A DNA stretch of 59,905 bases, filler included, from Sphacelaria rigidula (Eukaryota), in the NCBI GenBank assembly GCA_964200075.2. It is 10 parts of 10 records of this genome, joined end to end, with 100 filler letters (N's around TTAATTAATTAA, not from the genome) between each part and the next. Parts side by side here need not be neighbours in the genome. Positions count along the whole stretch, not along the records: positions 36,007 to 41,906 come from CAXNAA020023634.1; positions 42,007 to 47,906 come from CAXNAA020023635.1; positions 48,007 to 53,906 come from CAXNAA020023636.1; 7 more parts are not named here. The stretch is one strand, 5' to 3'. Position 1 is the stretch's first letter, and each line of letters begins with the position of its first letter. The notes below the pieces were generated by a model. That model saw nothing but the letters and a program-made list of their open reading frames with translations, was not told the origin of the DNA and searched no databases. Both the position numbers and the translations under genes were made by a program. Shown piece by piece: positions 38,351-50,622 of this stretch.

Positions 38351-38923
38351 CTGTGCATTTCGAGATAATAACACCACCCACCCACAGCACCAAGAACCTG
38401 GGGCTTGAGAGGGAGCAAGCACTACAGGTCGACCACGAGACGAATATCTTGAGCGCTACCCCTCACACGGCAAACACTTGACAGCGGAAATCAACAGCAA
38501 CGACATGCCCAACACCCTGCTCCCATTCCGTCGTCGACACCGAATAGGCGGCACTCTGATCCCCACGGACGAATCGCGATCACCGGGCGCTATGCCAGAG
38601 CTCCCGTTGTAACGTCGGCGTTCGTGAATGTGATGTGGAGCACGGACGGATGAATAGCCCCAGAGAGAGAGGGAATCCCCCCAACGTCGGGAACCAGACA
38701 GTGGTGGAAGGCTATTGGTTGTGGGGAATGGCCTGACGCGAGTTTTGCCCAGAGGATCGGAATAACGGAACCTGACGAAAGTCACGAAGGTGCTCACAAT
38801 ATTAATAACAACGACAATGACAACGACAACAACAACAACAACACTAGTACTTGTAGCAGAAGCCTCAACTACTGTCGGACAGCACCACCACCCCCTCCCC
38901 CACGTACGAACAGCGCAACTCAC

Positions 38924-39070
38924 GCTGACGTCTGATATCTTGATCCCCGCATCCTTCGCTATTCTTCGAATTCGGCCTTGCGCGGTGGGGTCCGACAAGA
39001 GCAGCGGAGGTGTGCTCTTCTCCTCTTGGGTCATCTGTGCGATGATTTTCTCGGCCCTCTTGACACGACC
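38924..39070 (-). CDS. cpSRP54: Plastid SRP54 M-domain exon
   Basis: CAG acceptor, GTGAGT donor; GRVKRAEKIIAQMTQEEKSTPPLLLSDPTAQGRIRRIAKDAGIKISDVS. Confidence 0.88.
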
Positions 39071-39744
39071 CTGCAGGAAGCCGACGGGGGGTTGGATACA
39101 TGGGACGGAAGTAGGGTGTATTCATGATCTTACATATCGTAGTCAGGAGACCATTGACCTTGCATCCCTAAGAAGTTGGCACAGAGCACGCCGGGTTTCC
39201 GCCGGACCAGCCTCGCAATCAATCACCACGCGCGAAGTGCCGTTATGTGTTGCGCGAGTTGCGTGGAGGGCAAGCTGCATACTGCTACGATTGTTCGACC
39301 CGAAGTGTACTAATTACCTTGCACACGGATGACAGCCTCCGATTAGTTGCTTTATTTTCTGGTATCGCTACTTCCAGAGACAACCATGAGTTACACACTC
39401 CCTCACGGATGCCTCACCGGACGGGAGTAGAGGAAGAGGGATACATGTACATACATATATGGTTCTATGGATGCAGATCTTTTGGTGAAAAATGTTTGAA
39501 GAAACACTGCAACAGCACCATACAGCAAACGAAAAAGAAATGACGGAATTTGTTTCTCACCACAGTGTATGTACACAGTTCTACTAATAGTATTTAGAGT
39601 AAGTAGTGTCCTATATGCTGGTACACCCTTCAGAGATGGTCATCTGAGACATGTACTCGTGCCGTCTGATTCATCGATGATCCTGTGTGACGTGTGCCCC
39701 ATTCAGAGATGGCCATGTCCTACTCGAGAGCACATAGGTCTCAC

Positions 39745-40076
39745 TTTTCTATTTATTCAATTGTTGTCGCACATTGAACCCCCCCCCTTCCTCGGGATGA
39801 GTCCGTGGTCTCAAGGGATCAACCCATCTCTCCTCGGTACGCGCCTTGCATTTTGGTCTTGCCGATTGGGTCATGACTATCACCACTCCCGCACCGCGTA
39901 AACTCACGTCATGCAAACTCAGTCGACTGCGTCGTTTACTCACGATTTCCCGCTTCCTACGGTGGTGTTAATCAGATATAACGAAGAAAACACCCGACGC
40001 ACCGGAAATCGATCCGCCGTTTTCACCACCCTAATGGCGACAGTCGGACCATTTTATTTCAAACCACCGGGGCGCG
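39745..40076 (-). mobile_element. tRNA-derived SINE, family B
   Basis: Head CGCGCCCCGGTGG, degenerate B box GGATCGATTTCC; body homologous to 52947-53301; tail end approximate. Confidence 0.65.
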
Positions 40077-40579
40077 GCAGCTAGATGCGTCCCAGACACA
40101 ACAGAAGATATAAACAAGCGAGATGCAAAAAAAAAAAAGAGTTTCCGAAAGACGAATGCCGAAATAGCCCCCCCCCACAAAAAGTGCACCGGAGCTCGTG
40201 CGACCAACCGGCTGCGACCCTACGATTGGGCTCGTTTGCAGCATTTTCGCCCACGTGAGAGGCGTGTAGCAGTCCGAAACCAGCTATAACGCCCAAATGA
40301 GTTGCGTCGTGCAGCACGAAACTAGCTCTAACGGCATCTATGATCATCGCCTCCGTGCACTTTTTTGGTCGGTTCGGGGGGGGGGGACTATCTCGGCAGC
40401 AGTCGAAAACGTTTTTTTCCCATCTTAGAGTTAAAGTGGAAGAGAAAATAGCCGATTACGATGAACATTCCACTCTGATTTTTTTTTCTCAGAGCGATTT
40501 TTTCAGAGTCAAAGTGCCATTTGCACCACTCTGAAAACCGTTCTTCATTTTCAGAGTTTATAGCGGAACCGAAAAAGAA

Positions 40580-41110
40580 CCACGCCCACCTTCACCACCA
40601 TGATCACGGCCAGTCTGAAGTCACACTTTAACAAGCAAAGTGGGACATTCAGCATCCATCACAACTGTCATGCTCATCACAATGGACCATTTACGAAGTA
40701 AAAAAGCTTGGCATCGCAATCAGGAGACCTCCCTGACACCGCCATGGTATCAACATTCGCTTGGTTGTGTTGCCGGAATATTCAAATGCTCGACGGGTAC
40801 ACGTTCCCTCGGGTGCAGTTTCCCACTCTTGTCAGCTTCAGCTGAAAGAACACGATGGGAACGATTCGTAGTCTACAGCGCACAAGCAATACTACACCAG
40901 GCTGCACTCCCATCCCGTTAGAGATCATGACGTCTTGCACTACCGTTATGGATGGCATGCTGAAAAAACACCACCATGCGGTCTACGTCTGTCGTTTGAA
41001 AGTGCTGAGCACCGTGCTGTACTACTGTTCGTACAACTGACTCTCTGTACGGTGTCGCTGTACAGTAGTTCACCGTATCGCGGTGCACTGCTGTTGTAGG
41101 GTTCTGTATT
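40580..41110 (+). repeat. Interspersed repeat, homologous to 16590-17060
   Basis: Same collinear blocks as the 16590 copy. Confidence 0.7.
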
Positions 41111-41673
41111 GCCCTCTCTGTAATGCACTGTCTGTACTCCAAGCTGCACAGCAATTCAGCACTACAGTGTCCTGTAGTGCGCCGTAGTGGATTGAAGTAC
41201 TACAGGTACAGTGAATAAGCGAAGTCTACGGTCAGTGTTGTGCCGGCCGACGCACTTTCGGACTGGACGCTGGTCGATCGTACATTTGGCGGGGCAACCT
41301 GTGGCCAATCACAACAACAACAAAAATCATGTCAAGCCATGTCACATCAGCCTCCGCTGTGAACTCTTAAACGCCCACTCTGCAGTTTCAAAGCTTCCAC
41401 TCTGCACTCTGACGCTATGATGAGGAGAAAAAAAAAACATGTTCCACAACTCTCTAATATATATACAAACAAGCTAGATGCCAAAAACACAAAGATATAT
41501 AAACAAGGTATATGTTAAAAATTAACAACGTATGTAACCAAAAAGAAAAGTAAGTATGAACGAAGAACAAACGTAAATGAAACGAAAACAAATACAAAGT
41601 GAATGAAAAGAAAATAAAGATGAGGGAATGACAGATGGTGTATAGATGGAAGAGAAAAAAAACAGAGTCTCAC

Positions 41674-41850
41674 CTCGACTTCGTTGACTTGTCTGGGCGT
41701 GAGCTTGTTCGCCATACCCGGGAGCATGTTGGCTACGTTGCCGATATTCCCCATACTCTTCATCATCTTGCTCTGCTTCAAGAAGTCGTTGAAGTCGAAG
41801 GTAGAGTTAATCATCTTCTTCGCCAGCTCTTCAGCTTCAGCATCACTCAT
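41674..41850 (-). CDS. cpSRP54: Plastid SRP54 M-domain exon
   Basis: TTTTCCAG acceptor, GTGAGA donor; MSDAEAEELAKKMINSTFDFNDFLKQSKMMKSMGNIGNVANMLPGM; FDFNDFLKQ is the plastid/cyanobacterial Ffh form. Confidence 0.9.
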
Positions 41851-41906
41851 CTGGAAAACAAAATAGCACACGAACGCGGGGGGGCGGGCGGGCGTGGAGT
41901 GGGGGG

Positions 41907-42006
41907 NNNNNNNNNNNNNNNNNNNNNNNNNNNNNNNNNNNNNNNNNNNNTTAATTAATTAANNNNNNNNNNNNNNNNNNNNNNNNNNNNNNNNNNNNNN
42001 NNNNNN
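41907..42006. other. Artificial contig linker
   Basis: Same 100-bp linker. Confidence 0.99.
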
Positions 42007-42293
42007 TCTTTTCCCGCTCATTTGCCGTTCACGGTCGCCACAACGACCACGCCCCTTTCTCCCCGGAAGTGGTTCCCGAGTCTCTCCGCATTGACATAAT
42101 AACTGAACTCACAACTCATAACGCGTCCGTCTTTTGTGATGCGGGAGGTTGTGGAACACCGTACTGTTCCGATCTCGGGGCTGGTGTCACGGTCAAACTA
42201 GGTTCTTCCGTTACGAACGGGCGGCTGTCGCACCATCGACGACTGGTTCAAGCAACCGATACAGTACTGGTCCCAAGGGGTTGATTTTATCCA

Positions 42294-42550
42294 CAACGAG
42301 CAATGACTCGAGTGCTCGCTCTATTAATAGTTTTCCTCAACGAGCAATGACTCGAGTGCTCACCCTATTAATAGTTTTCCTCAACGAGCAATGACTCGAG
42401 TGCTCGCCCTATTACTTTTTCCCCCAACGAGCAGCGACTCGAGTGCTCGCCCTAGTAGTTTGTTTCCCCAACGAGTAATGACTCGAGTGCTCACCCTATT
42501 AATTTTTCCCCCAACGAGCAATGACTCGAGTGCTCGCTATATTATTTTTT
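42294..42550 (+). repeat. Minisatellite, 6 x 43-44 bp
   Basis: Unit CAACGAGCAATGACTCGAGTGCTC(G/A)CCCTATTAAT..TTTTCC(C/T). Confidence 0.95.
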
Positions 42551-42599
42551 ACGGCCAAGCCCAAGGAGTGCGAGTGCCACGAGTCACACTCGTGCTTGT

Positions 42600-43053
42600 C
42601 CGACGTATGAAAGTCTTCCAGAAATTACAGACTTTGTCGGGTACGGTACGGGAGGCTTGCAGAAAACCGTACCGGCAATCGGGTATTTCCTGAAGGGCAT
42701 CCCCGCGCTGCGGGTACGGGCATACGTTATGTACAGAACTCACAAAACTGTCGGGCAAGGGTATGGGAGGCGTACAAAACTCGCAGAAACTGTTGGGCAG
42801 GGTATGAAGGCTGCACAGAAAACAGCACCCGCAATCGGGTATCTTATCAAGAGCATACCCGTGCCCCCGGTAACGGTACGGGAAGCTTCCAGAACTCCCA
42901 GAAGTATCGGGTAAGGGTATGAAAATCTTACAGAGTTTACAGAACTGTCGTGTACCGGTATAAAAGTGTCGGGTACGGTAAATACCCGGGAAAATACCGC
43001 GGGTATACAGAAAACCGTACCGTACAGAACACAACCTTGCAAGGTTGTGTTCT
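42600..43053 (+). repeat. Non-autonomous element of degenerate TCGGGTACGG/ACAGAA subrepeats, ending in a 28-bp palindrome
   Basis: Recurrent CAGAA....TCGGG(T/C)A.GG(G)TA units; AGAACACAACCTTGCAAGGTTGTGTTCT at 43026-43053. Confidence 0.7.
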
Positions 43054-43063
43054 CTCTATGGTA

Positions 43064-43431
43064 TGTGTGTGTGTCACATTTATTCCGCACGCCGATCTAC
43101 ACCTTTCGGTATATGTGGGAGCACCAGCCGGGGTTACACAGGAGGAAGGCCAACACAGGACTTGTTACTTGTTTGTTTTAGTTCTCCACCTTCCTTTGAC
43201 GGTGCTTGCCTTCGTATTTCATTGCGAGGCGTTTTATCGCGAGAGGGGTTCAGCCGTCCCTTTCCCTCGTCGACCATTACGTCGAATTTTGTGTACACAC
43301 GACATGGTTGCTCCTCAATGTTGGGCATTATGCGAGACAAAATCCCAAATCGTGTGACTTTACCGTGGTTCGAACCTACGACCCAACCGCTAGAAGGTTC
43401 GAGATTACCTACTGAGCCACCGGGGCGACCG
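43064..43431 (-). mobile_element. tRNA-derived SINE, family A
   Basis: Reverse complement CGGTCGCCCCGGTGGCTCAGTAGG...GGTTCGAACC...GGTCGACGAGGGAA...GGAAGGTGGAGAACTAAAACAA...TACCGAAAGGTGTAGA...(CA)n. Confidence 0.9.
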
Positions 43432-43517
43432 CCTGTATGTATGCCACTTGAAGTTCGGGTGTTGAGAGAAGTCATCACTCATTGGACAACATATATATAT
43501 ATATATATGTACATGTA

Positions 43518-44633
43518 TCATTTCGCATTTTTCACCACTGTTGCCGAGTTTTCTCCGGCGGCAGAGCATCTTATACCGCGCTTTCTTTTGCAGTGCACAA
43601 AGAAGGTGCAGCGGTACATTACCTGTGAGGTTTAGGTGTCACGTGATACCAGTGGCGCGTGTTCTGGGCATCGAAAGTTGCCCACACTGGCTCTATTTCC
43701 CGGGGTGCCGATCCCGAACCACAAAAGCCTCCTCAAGATCGAGCAAAACTCAAAACAGGAACTAGAACCACAAAAGCGTGTTCATGGGGTTTTTCTTCAC
43801 AGTGTGATTATCGATATAGTTCATCGGTTGTCGGCATGAGTGCTATGAGTCGAGAGTAGAGCGCCAATTGAAAGTATCTTCGATCATTCGCTTTCACTTG
43901 GGCAAACGTTCATTCCGTATGTTCTCCTCTTTGCCCCTATCACCGGCGTTTGCATTCAGCGACACGTCGACATCATACTGAGGGATATGAAGGGCATCAG
44001 GGACAAGCCACCACAGATAGCATGTAGTGCGTGGTGGAAGTGCATATAGAATTTGAAAAAAAACATTCACTGATTGACCGCTTTACTTTTTCACTGTATA
44101 GTATCTACTCTCAAGCTCACTAAAACACTGTTCATCCTGCATGCAGGGCTATTTGTTGAACTGTCAGGGTACCTTGGAAGCAACAGTTTATAAAAGTCCT
44201 GTTGAATATGAATCAGTAGTACGAATGCACTCTCCTGTAATATGGACATACTATTAACAGGCGAGGTAGAAATAGTCCTGTATACAAGGCTGCACCTACC
44301 GTGCTATTATTATACAGTTTAACTGATCATTTTCGAGAGACGTTTATTCGGGCGTTGACCTGGTGTTCAACGCATCACAATAGTTAGGGAAGAAACATTT
44401 ACCACCGTCATATCTATTAAACACTCCACGAAAGCATGTGTAAATTGTTAATAGTTGTATCTCAAACTCGGACTGAAAAAAATAAAACAAAGAGCCAGCG
44501 AATAAACCAAGAAACCGAGAGCAAAGTTGGGTATACCTCTGTTGATGATAAGATGAAAAGAGTAGATATCCGTGCCTCGTCAGCAGGTGTCACCCCCGGG
44601 AGGCCCGTACCAACCTCCCGTAGGGGAACCTTG
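43518..44633 (+). mobile_element. Non-autonomous Helitron-like element, copy 1
   Basis: A|TC start; ~270-bp 5' part shared with 44692; 3' GTCACCCCCGGGAGGCCCGTACCAACCTCCCGTAGGGGAACCTTG|T. Confidence 0.6.
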
Positions 44634-44691
44634 TTTTCTATGTAATATGTGATGTATGATATATACATTATCTGGTATATGTGTACGTGTA

Positions 44692-45565
44692 TCATGTCAT
44701 ATTTTTTACCGCTTTTGCCGAGTTTTCTTTGGTGGCAACGCATTTTTTCCCACGCCTTCTTTTGCAGCGCGCCGAGAAGGCTCAGCAGTACATTGCCGTT
44801 CAAGTTTGGGGGTCATCTAATACCTGTGGCGCGTGTTCTTGCCACCGAAAGTCGCTCAAACTGGCCCTTTTCGCGGGGTGCAAATCCCGAACCACAAAAG
44901 CATTTTCAAGATCATGGAAAACTTGAAACAAGAACCCGAACCATAAAAAAAGCCTGTCGACGATAATGGAAATATTCAAACAGGATTACTTTAGGCGGGG
45001 TATTTTCCCCCGTGTCTCTCTTTGTCGCGTTCTCGTTCATATGGGAGCACGAACACACCGGTTATGCCGCCAATTTCACGAGAACATGAGAGCAAAGCAG
45101 TTGAAAACATTTGAGCATTTACTTGGCCTTGGTCACCAGGAAACACAAGACTGTGTAATGGGCCGTTGGCGAGTTAAACGGTAATGGTTTGCCGCAAAAA
45201 ACAATCACCCTATTTGAAAAAAGGCCTAGTGATGTGGGAGCCACAGTGATGTACAAAGAACATGCCAAGAGTGTTCCATGCATTCCAATTTTTCGGGAGG
45301 TACCTCCCGCTGTCTTTGGGGCACGAGAGCTACTCCGCACTCTAGCACCTCAGGTATACCATACATTTCTTACGCCGGCGGTTCCGCCGTCGGCCTCCGT
45401 CCGAATTCCCATATTTCCGAACGATATCCTATAACATATGCGACGCTTTGTACAGCCACGATCACTACTGTACATGGAGATACAACATTAGCTTTTGTTG
45501 ACCATATATTTTCGACTTGCGTCACCCCCGGGAGGCCCGTACCAACCTACCGAAGGAGAAACTTG
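44692..45565 (+). mobile_element. Non-autonomous Helitron-like element, copy 2
   Basis: A|TC start; same 5' part; 3' GTCACCCCCGGGAGGCCCGTACCAACCTACCGAAGGAGAAACTTG|T. Confidence 0.6.
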
Positions 45566-45578
45566 TATAATATATAAT

Positions 45579-46169
45579 ATAAAGTGGTAATTTTCAAGGT
45601 CCCGCCCAGAGGCCACTAGATTAATTTCTCTATGGAGCCTGGGTATTTACCCAACAAGATGCATACCATTCGAAAGCTACGGGGCTTTCGAACTAACCTA
45701 CTTTTAGGTTTCATAGACATGTTGGTGACGAGTTATGTCGAAAATACCGTTTCGCCAAAACGCGGGGAAACTAGTAAATCTCGACTTGCCGGGCCCCCAC
45801 CACCTCTGTGAAAATACATATATATATATATATATATATTGGAATCCTCGCCAAACACTGGTTCTAGATCACCTGGTTTCTGAACCCGGTTATGCCTGGC
45901 TCCAGGTCGAAATTAATCAAGAAATAAAACAATATATACGGAGTACGAAAATATGTGGGGGAAAAGTTGCTCTAGGGCCGATTTCGTGGGTTCGAGACCC
46001 GCCGCGAGAACCTTTTTTTCCCCCCCTTTTTTCCTTGTTTTTTTGGCGACTCGCTACTCTTTTGCGATTTGCTGCGGGTGTTCCGAAGGTGTTTTGTTTT
46101 TTAATTCGATCTCAGTCAAAAGTTATGGAGGGACAACCAAAATCGGGTCCTTGAAAATTACCACTTCAT
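45579..46169. mobile_element. MITE with 26-bp TIRs in TA-rich context
   Basis: ATAAAGTGGTAATTTTCAAGGTCCCG ... CGGGTCCTTGAAAATTACCACTTCAT (24/26). Confidence 0.8.
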
Positions 46170-47906
46170 GATCATATATAGAAAATGGGTACTACTGTCG
46201 CTGTACTACGTACTATATACTTCGAAGTTTACCCATATCGGATAACAGCTCTACAATACGCACTAACTTCAAGGATCCACCTTTTTGACCGTGCCAACAC
46301 GCCCCACCCAAGTACTCCCCTGCTACTTACCCGCTGCATCCTTACTCCCCAGGTACTGCAAAGACCATGATTTACTCAGTGAATGAGCTCTGCGATCGAC
46401 TTGTGCTGTGCACTAATGTGCCCACTGTGCTGCACTGCCGGTGGTAGAGTACAGCATGCCTGTAATCTTACGGGGGGGTATCAGACGCTGATGTCATCCA
46501 CCTCAAGGCGGTCCGTTATGAGGCGAATCCCTACTTAACGGCGGTGAAAATCGGCTAGGGCTGTCGTTCTTCCGGTAGATATAGCCCACTTCACTCCGAG
46601 GCTACTTCGCCTTCAAGAGCTATCAATGCTTGCTTTCAGAACAGAGCTCCACCACCTCCCTATGGGGCTCCCACTATATACGAAATCGCGGTGCTAAGGT
46701 GGGGTTGTCACCGTCCCCTGGCTTCTCCTGAACTACACTCGGACCACAAGGAGAAGTAGATGCCAATCCTGTCATCGCTTCCACCTCCTCTTCGCTGGTA
46801 TTGCCATCGATCGTTCTTTCATGTCCTAGTTGACCCCTCCCCCAACGTCCTTCTTCTCTTCATCCCGCGAGACGCTTTTTTGGTCCGATGGAATCGCACT
46901 TCGAACCCGCATGGATCCAATAGAGATTCCCTCTGGAACAAATGATAGTCTCCTGCGCGCGAGGTGGACTGGTGCTTGGGAAGGCTGGTCAGTGTGCGCT
47001 CGCTCTGCGGCGATCAAAGGCATAGACGCAGGCGTCTCGTCGTCTCCGCCTGACCTCGAGATATCGGATGACGCTGTCGGGCGTTTGCCTCCCTCCTATG
47101 TCAAGGCCATGCAGTCCACGGCGGGGTAGGGCGGGTGGGGGGAATCATTTTTCGCGATTTACGCACACATACGACCCTCCCAGCTACAATGGGAGGCTTA
47201 GGTATTCTCAGTTATTTCTTGGCTGGAGTTGGAAACCCTCCCCAAGCCAACATAAGCTTGCCCCCACGCCCCGCGCGCGTGTCATCACCTACCTCACGGA
47301 CTGCTCAATGGTGACGGGTAGACCCAGGCCACTTCAAGTAACACTGGGTATTGGTGCACCCATGCGACGTAAGAATGCCGTGTGTTGACAGTCATGAGTG
47401 CAGGGGTGGCTGTAGATTGAACTAAAACAACCAGGACCGATAATTTCGTCGTTGATGGTCGGAGGGAAATGGAGGCAGATCCGTTTTATTCCCGGGTTTC
47501 CGGTGGTTGTCGTGGGCCCGCATGCGCGCGGAAATATGTCCCATAGATGATTCCCACGTGAACCTACCTGGTTTTTGTCTAGGAAAGCTATTTCACATCG
47601 CAGCAGTACTCTGAAACTTGGTAGCGAAAAGCAGTTACAGCCAGGTGCAGGTTGGTGGCTCTCAGGGTAATTAAGAGGCGGCAACTTCAGGCGCAGCTGC
47701 TAGCTTTCAGGTACAACGACTGGGTCCGCAGCCATATGCACGTGAGTGATTCTGCGATGGTGGCATGAGTAATTTGTACTGTGTGCTGTTCTAAATCTCT
47801 TCTTTCCTGTGGACACTTTCTACGATAGCCTCCCCCCCAAAAACATGGTTTTGGGAGGCAAAATCTTTACGTAAATCGAAATGGGAAAAGCCGAGCACAA
47901 CGAGAA

Positions 47907-48006
47907 NNNNNNNNNNNNNNNNNNNNNNNNNNNNNNNNNNNNNNNNNNNNTTAATTAATTAANNNNNNNNNNNNNNNNNNNNNNNNNNNNNNNNNNNNNN
48001 NNNNNN
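47907..48006. other. Artificial contig linker
   Basis: Same 100-bp linker. Confidence 0.99.
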
Positions 48007-49646
48007 ATCTCTCGAGTAACATGTCTTTTTCCCGTTTTGTTTTGAGACCGGGGTGCCAATGCCCCCCCCCCGAATGATGTGCGTGAAAAGTTCGTAGCGA
48101 AAACAGTCAAAACGGCGTGTTTGGCTGTTTAGTCGTTTCTGGCCATTTTTCGTACCTTTCTTGGGCAAAAAACGAGAAGGTATAACTTTTCTAGTCCATT
48201 GCTCTATATTTTTCATTCGATTGTCGCAAGTGTTCGGCAGCCTGTATTTTTTCTCGATTGCCTGCAGCTGCAATGCTGCCGGCGACAGTAGAGTTGTGTC
48301 GTTGAACCAATTTCGCCGACATGTGTTGGCAAAAGTTCGCTTCCGTCGTGCGGGTTCTTCCTTGCTCGACAAATATTGAGGTTATTATTCATAATACGTT
48401 ACCCGTGCGGGTGTCATACTACATCGCGTGCTTGCTTGGTAGGGCTCTCACCTTTTGAACCTGTTTCTGACGGAAGTTCGCGGTATGAGCTAGTTGCGTC
48501 TCTTTCTCTATTCCACTGGGGCGCTCGGGGAGCTAGGGGAAACGGCGTCGTGGCTGTCGACATTCCATGAATAATTAATTTTGGGACGTAGAGTACAGTT
48601 CACGAAGAGAATTTCAATCTTCGTGATTTTTTTTCTCTTGTCGCCCTCATCATGCTTGCCGCATTCTTTTTTCTCCTTTTTTTGTTATGTGTTTGGACGT
48701 AGTATAGTGGACCAGTTGTTGAGGCTGACCGTAGTGGCTATATACTGGATTTGTTTGAACAAAAAAATTGCCGCCACTGACATACTTCCTCTGTGCCATA
48801 AGTGAAGGTCCTTATGGGGGTTTAATCGTTTGGGTATTTGAACGTTGACGAGCATCCTATGGTTGGGTTTGTGAGAGAGGTGAAGCGCAGACGAAGCTGA
48901 TGAAAAAACAAACCGAAAAAAACAAACTTGTTCTCGTCATCAAGAATAATGTCGAAATATACCTTATTTTGACCCTTTTTGATCCATGTATACCCCATCA
49001 TTGACCGATTTTGGACGTTTTCACGTCGAACACTAGCAATTACATGCTAAGGAAATGTTGAATGGGGCGTGCGTAGGTCAACATCACGGCTATATCCAAA
49101 ATCAATGGTGGTTTCGCGATTTTCAGATTTTCTGGCCCATTTTTCGCGATTGTTCGTGTTCCCGGGTCTCGCATGCTTTTCTGGGAAAACGAGCGAAAAA
49201 TACCCGTTTTTGGACCGACCTACTTTTTCTCGGCCGCGCGGCTGCATGGGTCAAGCACCCACGTTGCAGAAAGAATGTTGGTTTTAGCTTGAAAAAACGC
49301 CGACGAATGTGTGTGTTGTGTGTGTTGTCGTCCCATTTATTCTACGAAAATTAAGTATCACACCGTTCAGGGTCCGTGCAATCAAAAGGACCTTTACTTC
49401 TTTTTTTTTTCTCCTTAGAGCGTCTTTTAGTTTCGTTTTTGTTGGGTACGTCTATCATAAGACCACGGCTGGACCCCTGGGGGGTCAGTTGAAGTGCGAC
49501 AATCAATCCATCAAAAATCAAATTTATGGCACAGATGAAGTAAGTTTTACCGCAGTCGTCATTTTCACCAACTTACCCTGCCCCTGCCTCTGCCCCTGTA
49601 TCGATCTCAACTGGCATTTATATATTCCTTTTTGAACAACGGGCAG

Positions 49647-49759
49647 CTTGGGGACATCATCGTGGCTATCGATAACCAAGATATCAACACCGAGACGGAT
49701 CTATTCAAGATTCTAGAGGGACGCAAGGCAGGAGACGTGATTTCTGTCACCGCGCAGAG
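49647..49759 (+). CDS. DegP/HtrA serine protease (Deg1-like), PDZ-domain exon
   Basis: CAG acceptor, GTACGT donor; LGDIIVAIDNQDINTETDLFKILEGRKAGDVISVTAQR. Confidence 0.8.
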
Positions 49760-50622
49760 GTACGTGTGCTATAATAGCTCTTCTTGTGTGAAGCTCTTGC
49801 CTCACGAAGTATTCACCTCTTTTTTTTCGCCTTGACGGAAGGAGGAAACTTGACCCAACACTTACCTCGCAAGCGGATTCGTGTGCCGATTACCCCGAGG
49901 CTCGACTAGACTACATCGCGGCAGTCATGGGGATAGGCGCCTCGAGTGTTGGCAAGCTTTGCTCAAGACAATTTGGGGGTCTTACCCACTAAAGCCCCCC
50001 TGGCAACTTGGCGCAGTGCACGCGCCACCCTCCTCTCATGAGCTTCAGTCCGGTAGGCTCGCGCGGCACTTCCAGACCGAGCGGAAGTCGTGGTCCTCAC
50101 ACAATGGCCGTGGGTGCACGCTGCTTTTCAGCAATGCTCCGCTGGGGGTCGCACTTTTTTACCGAAAACTTTTCTCGGGGCTGCTCGGGGTGTTGGATGA
50201 GTAATTTTGATAATCGGCGTCGTTTTCAATGTCGTAAAAGACTGAAAATGATGCCGATTCACGAGAAGGCCCCTGGGTGCAAACACAATGTTTCTGGGAG
50301 CCCGGCCCCCGGGGATTTGGGTTGCACAATAAGTAAGCCCCATATATTTGGGCGCCTGCAAAAAAGAGACCCAGAAACAGAAAGTGCAGCAACCCCTGCC
50401 GTAGCATTGCTAGGCCACGTGAGGTGTCTGAGCTATTTGATAGATTTGATAGATTTGATTCGATTATGGCATGTCGACTGATCTATCGGGAGTCATGATT
50501 TAGCTGTGGTCATTATCCATAGGATAGACGTACGTACCCGAGATTAATCAATATGGAAACACTCGGTGAAGAAAAGTGAACAATGAAAGAACGGAAAGGT
50601 AGGACAGGCAAACAGACTTACC

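Noticed and set aside
42294..42550. CRISPR-like array (24-bp hairpin repeat plus ~20-bp spacers)
   Set aside because: The spacers are variants of one another, no cas genes are present and the context is eukaryotic; it is a minisatellite
46760..47130. GC-rich ORFs as a host exon or gag
   Set aside because: No recognisable motif on either strand
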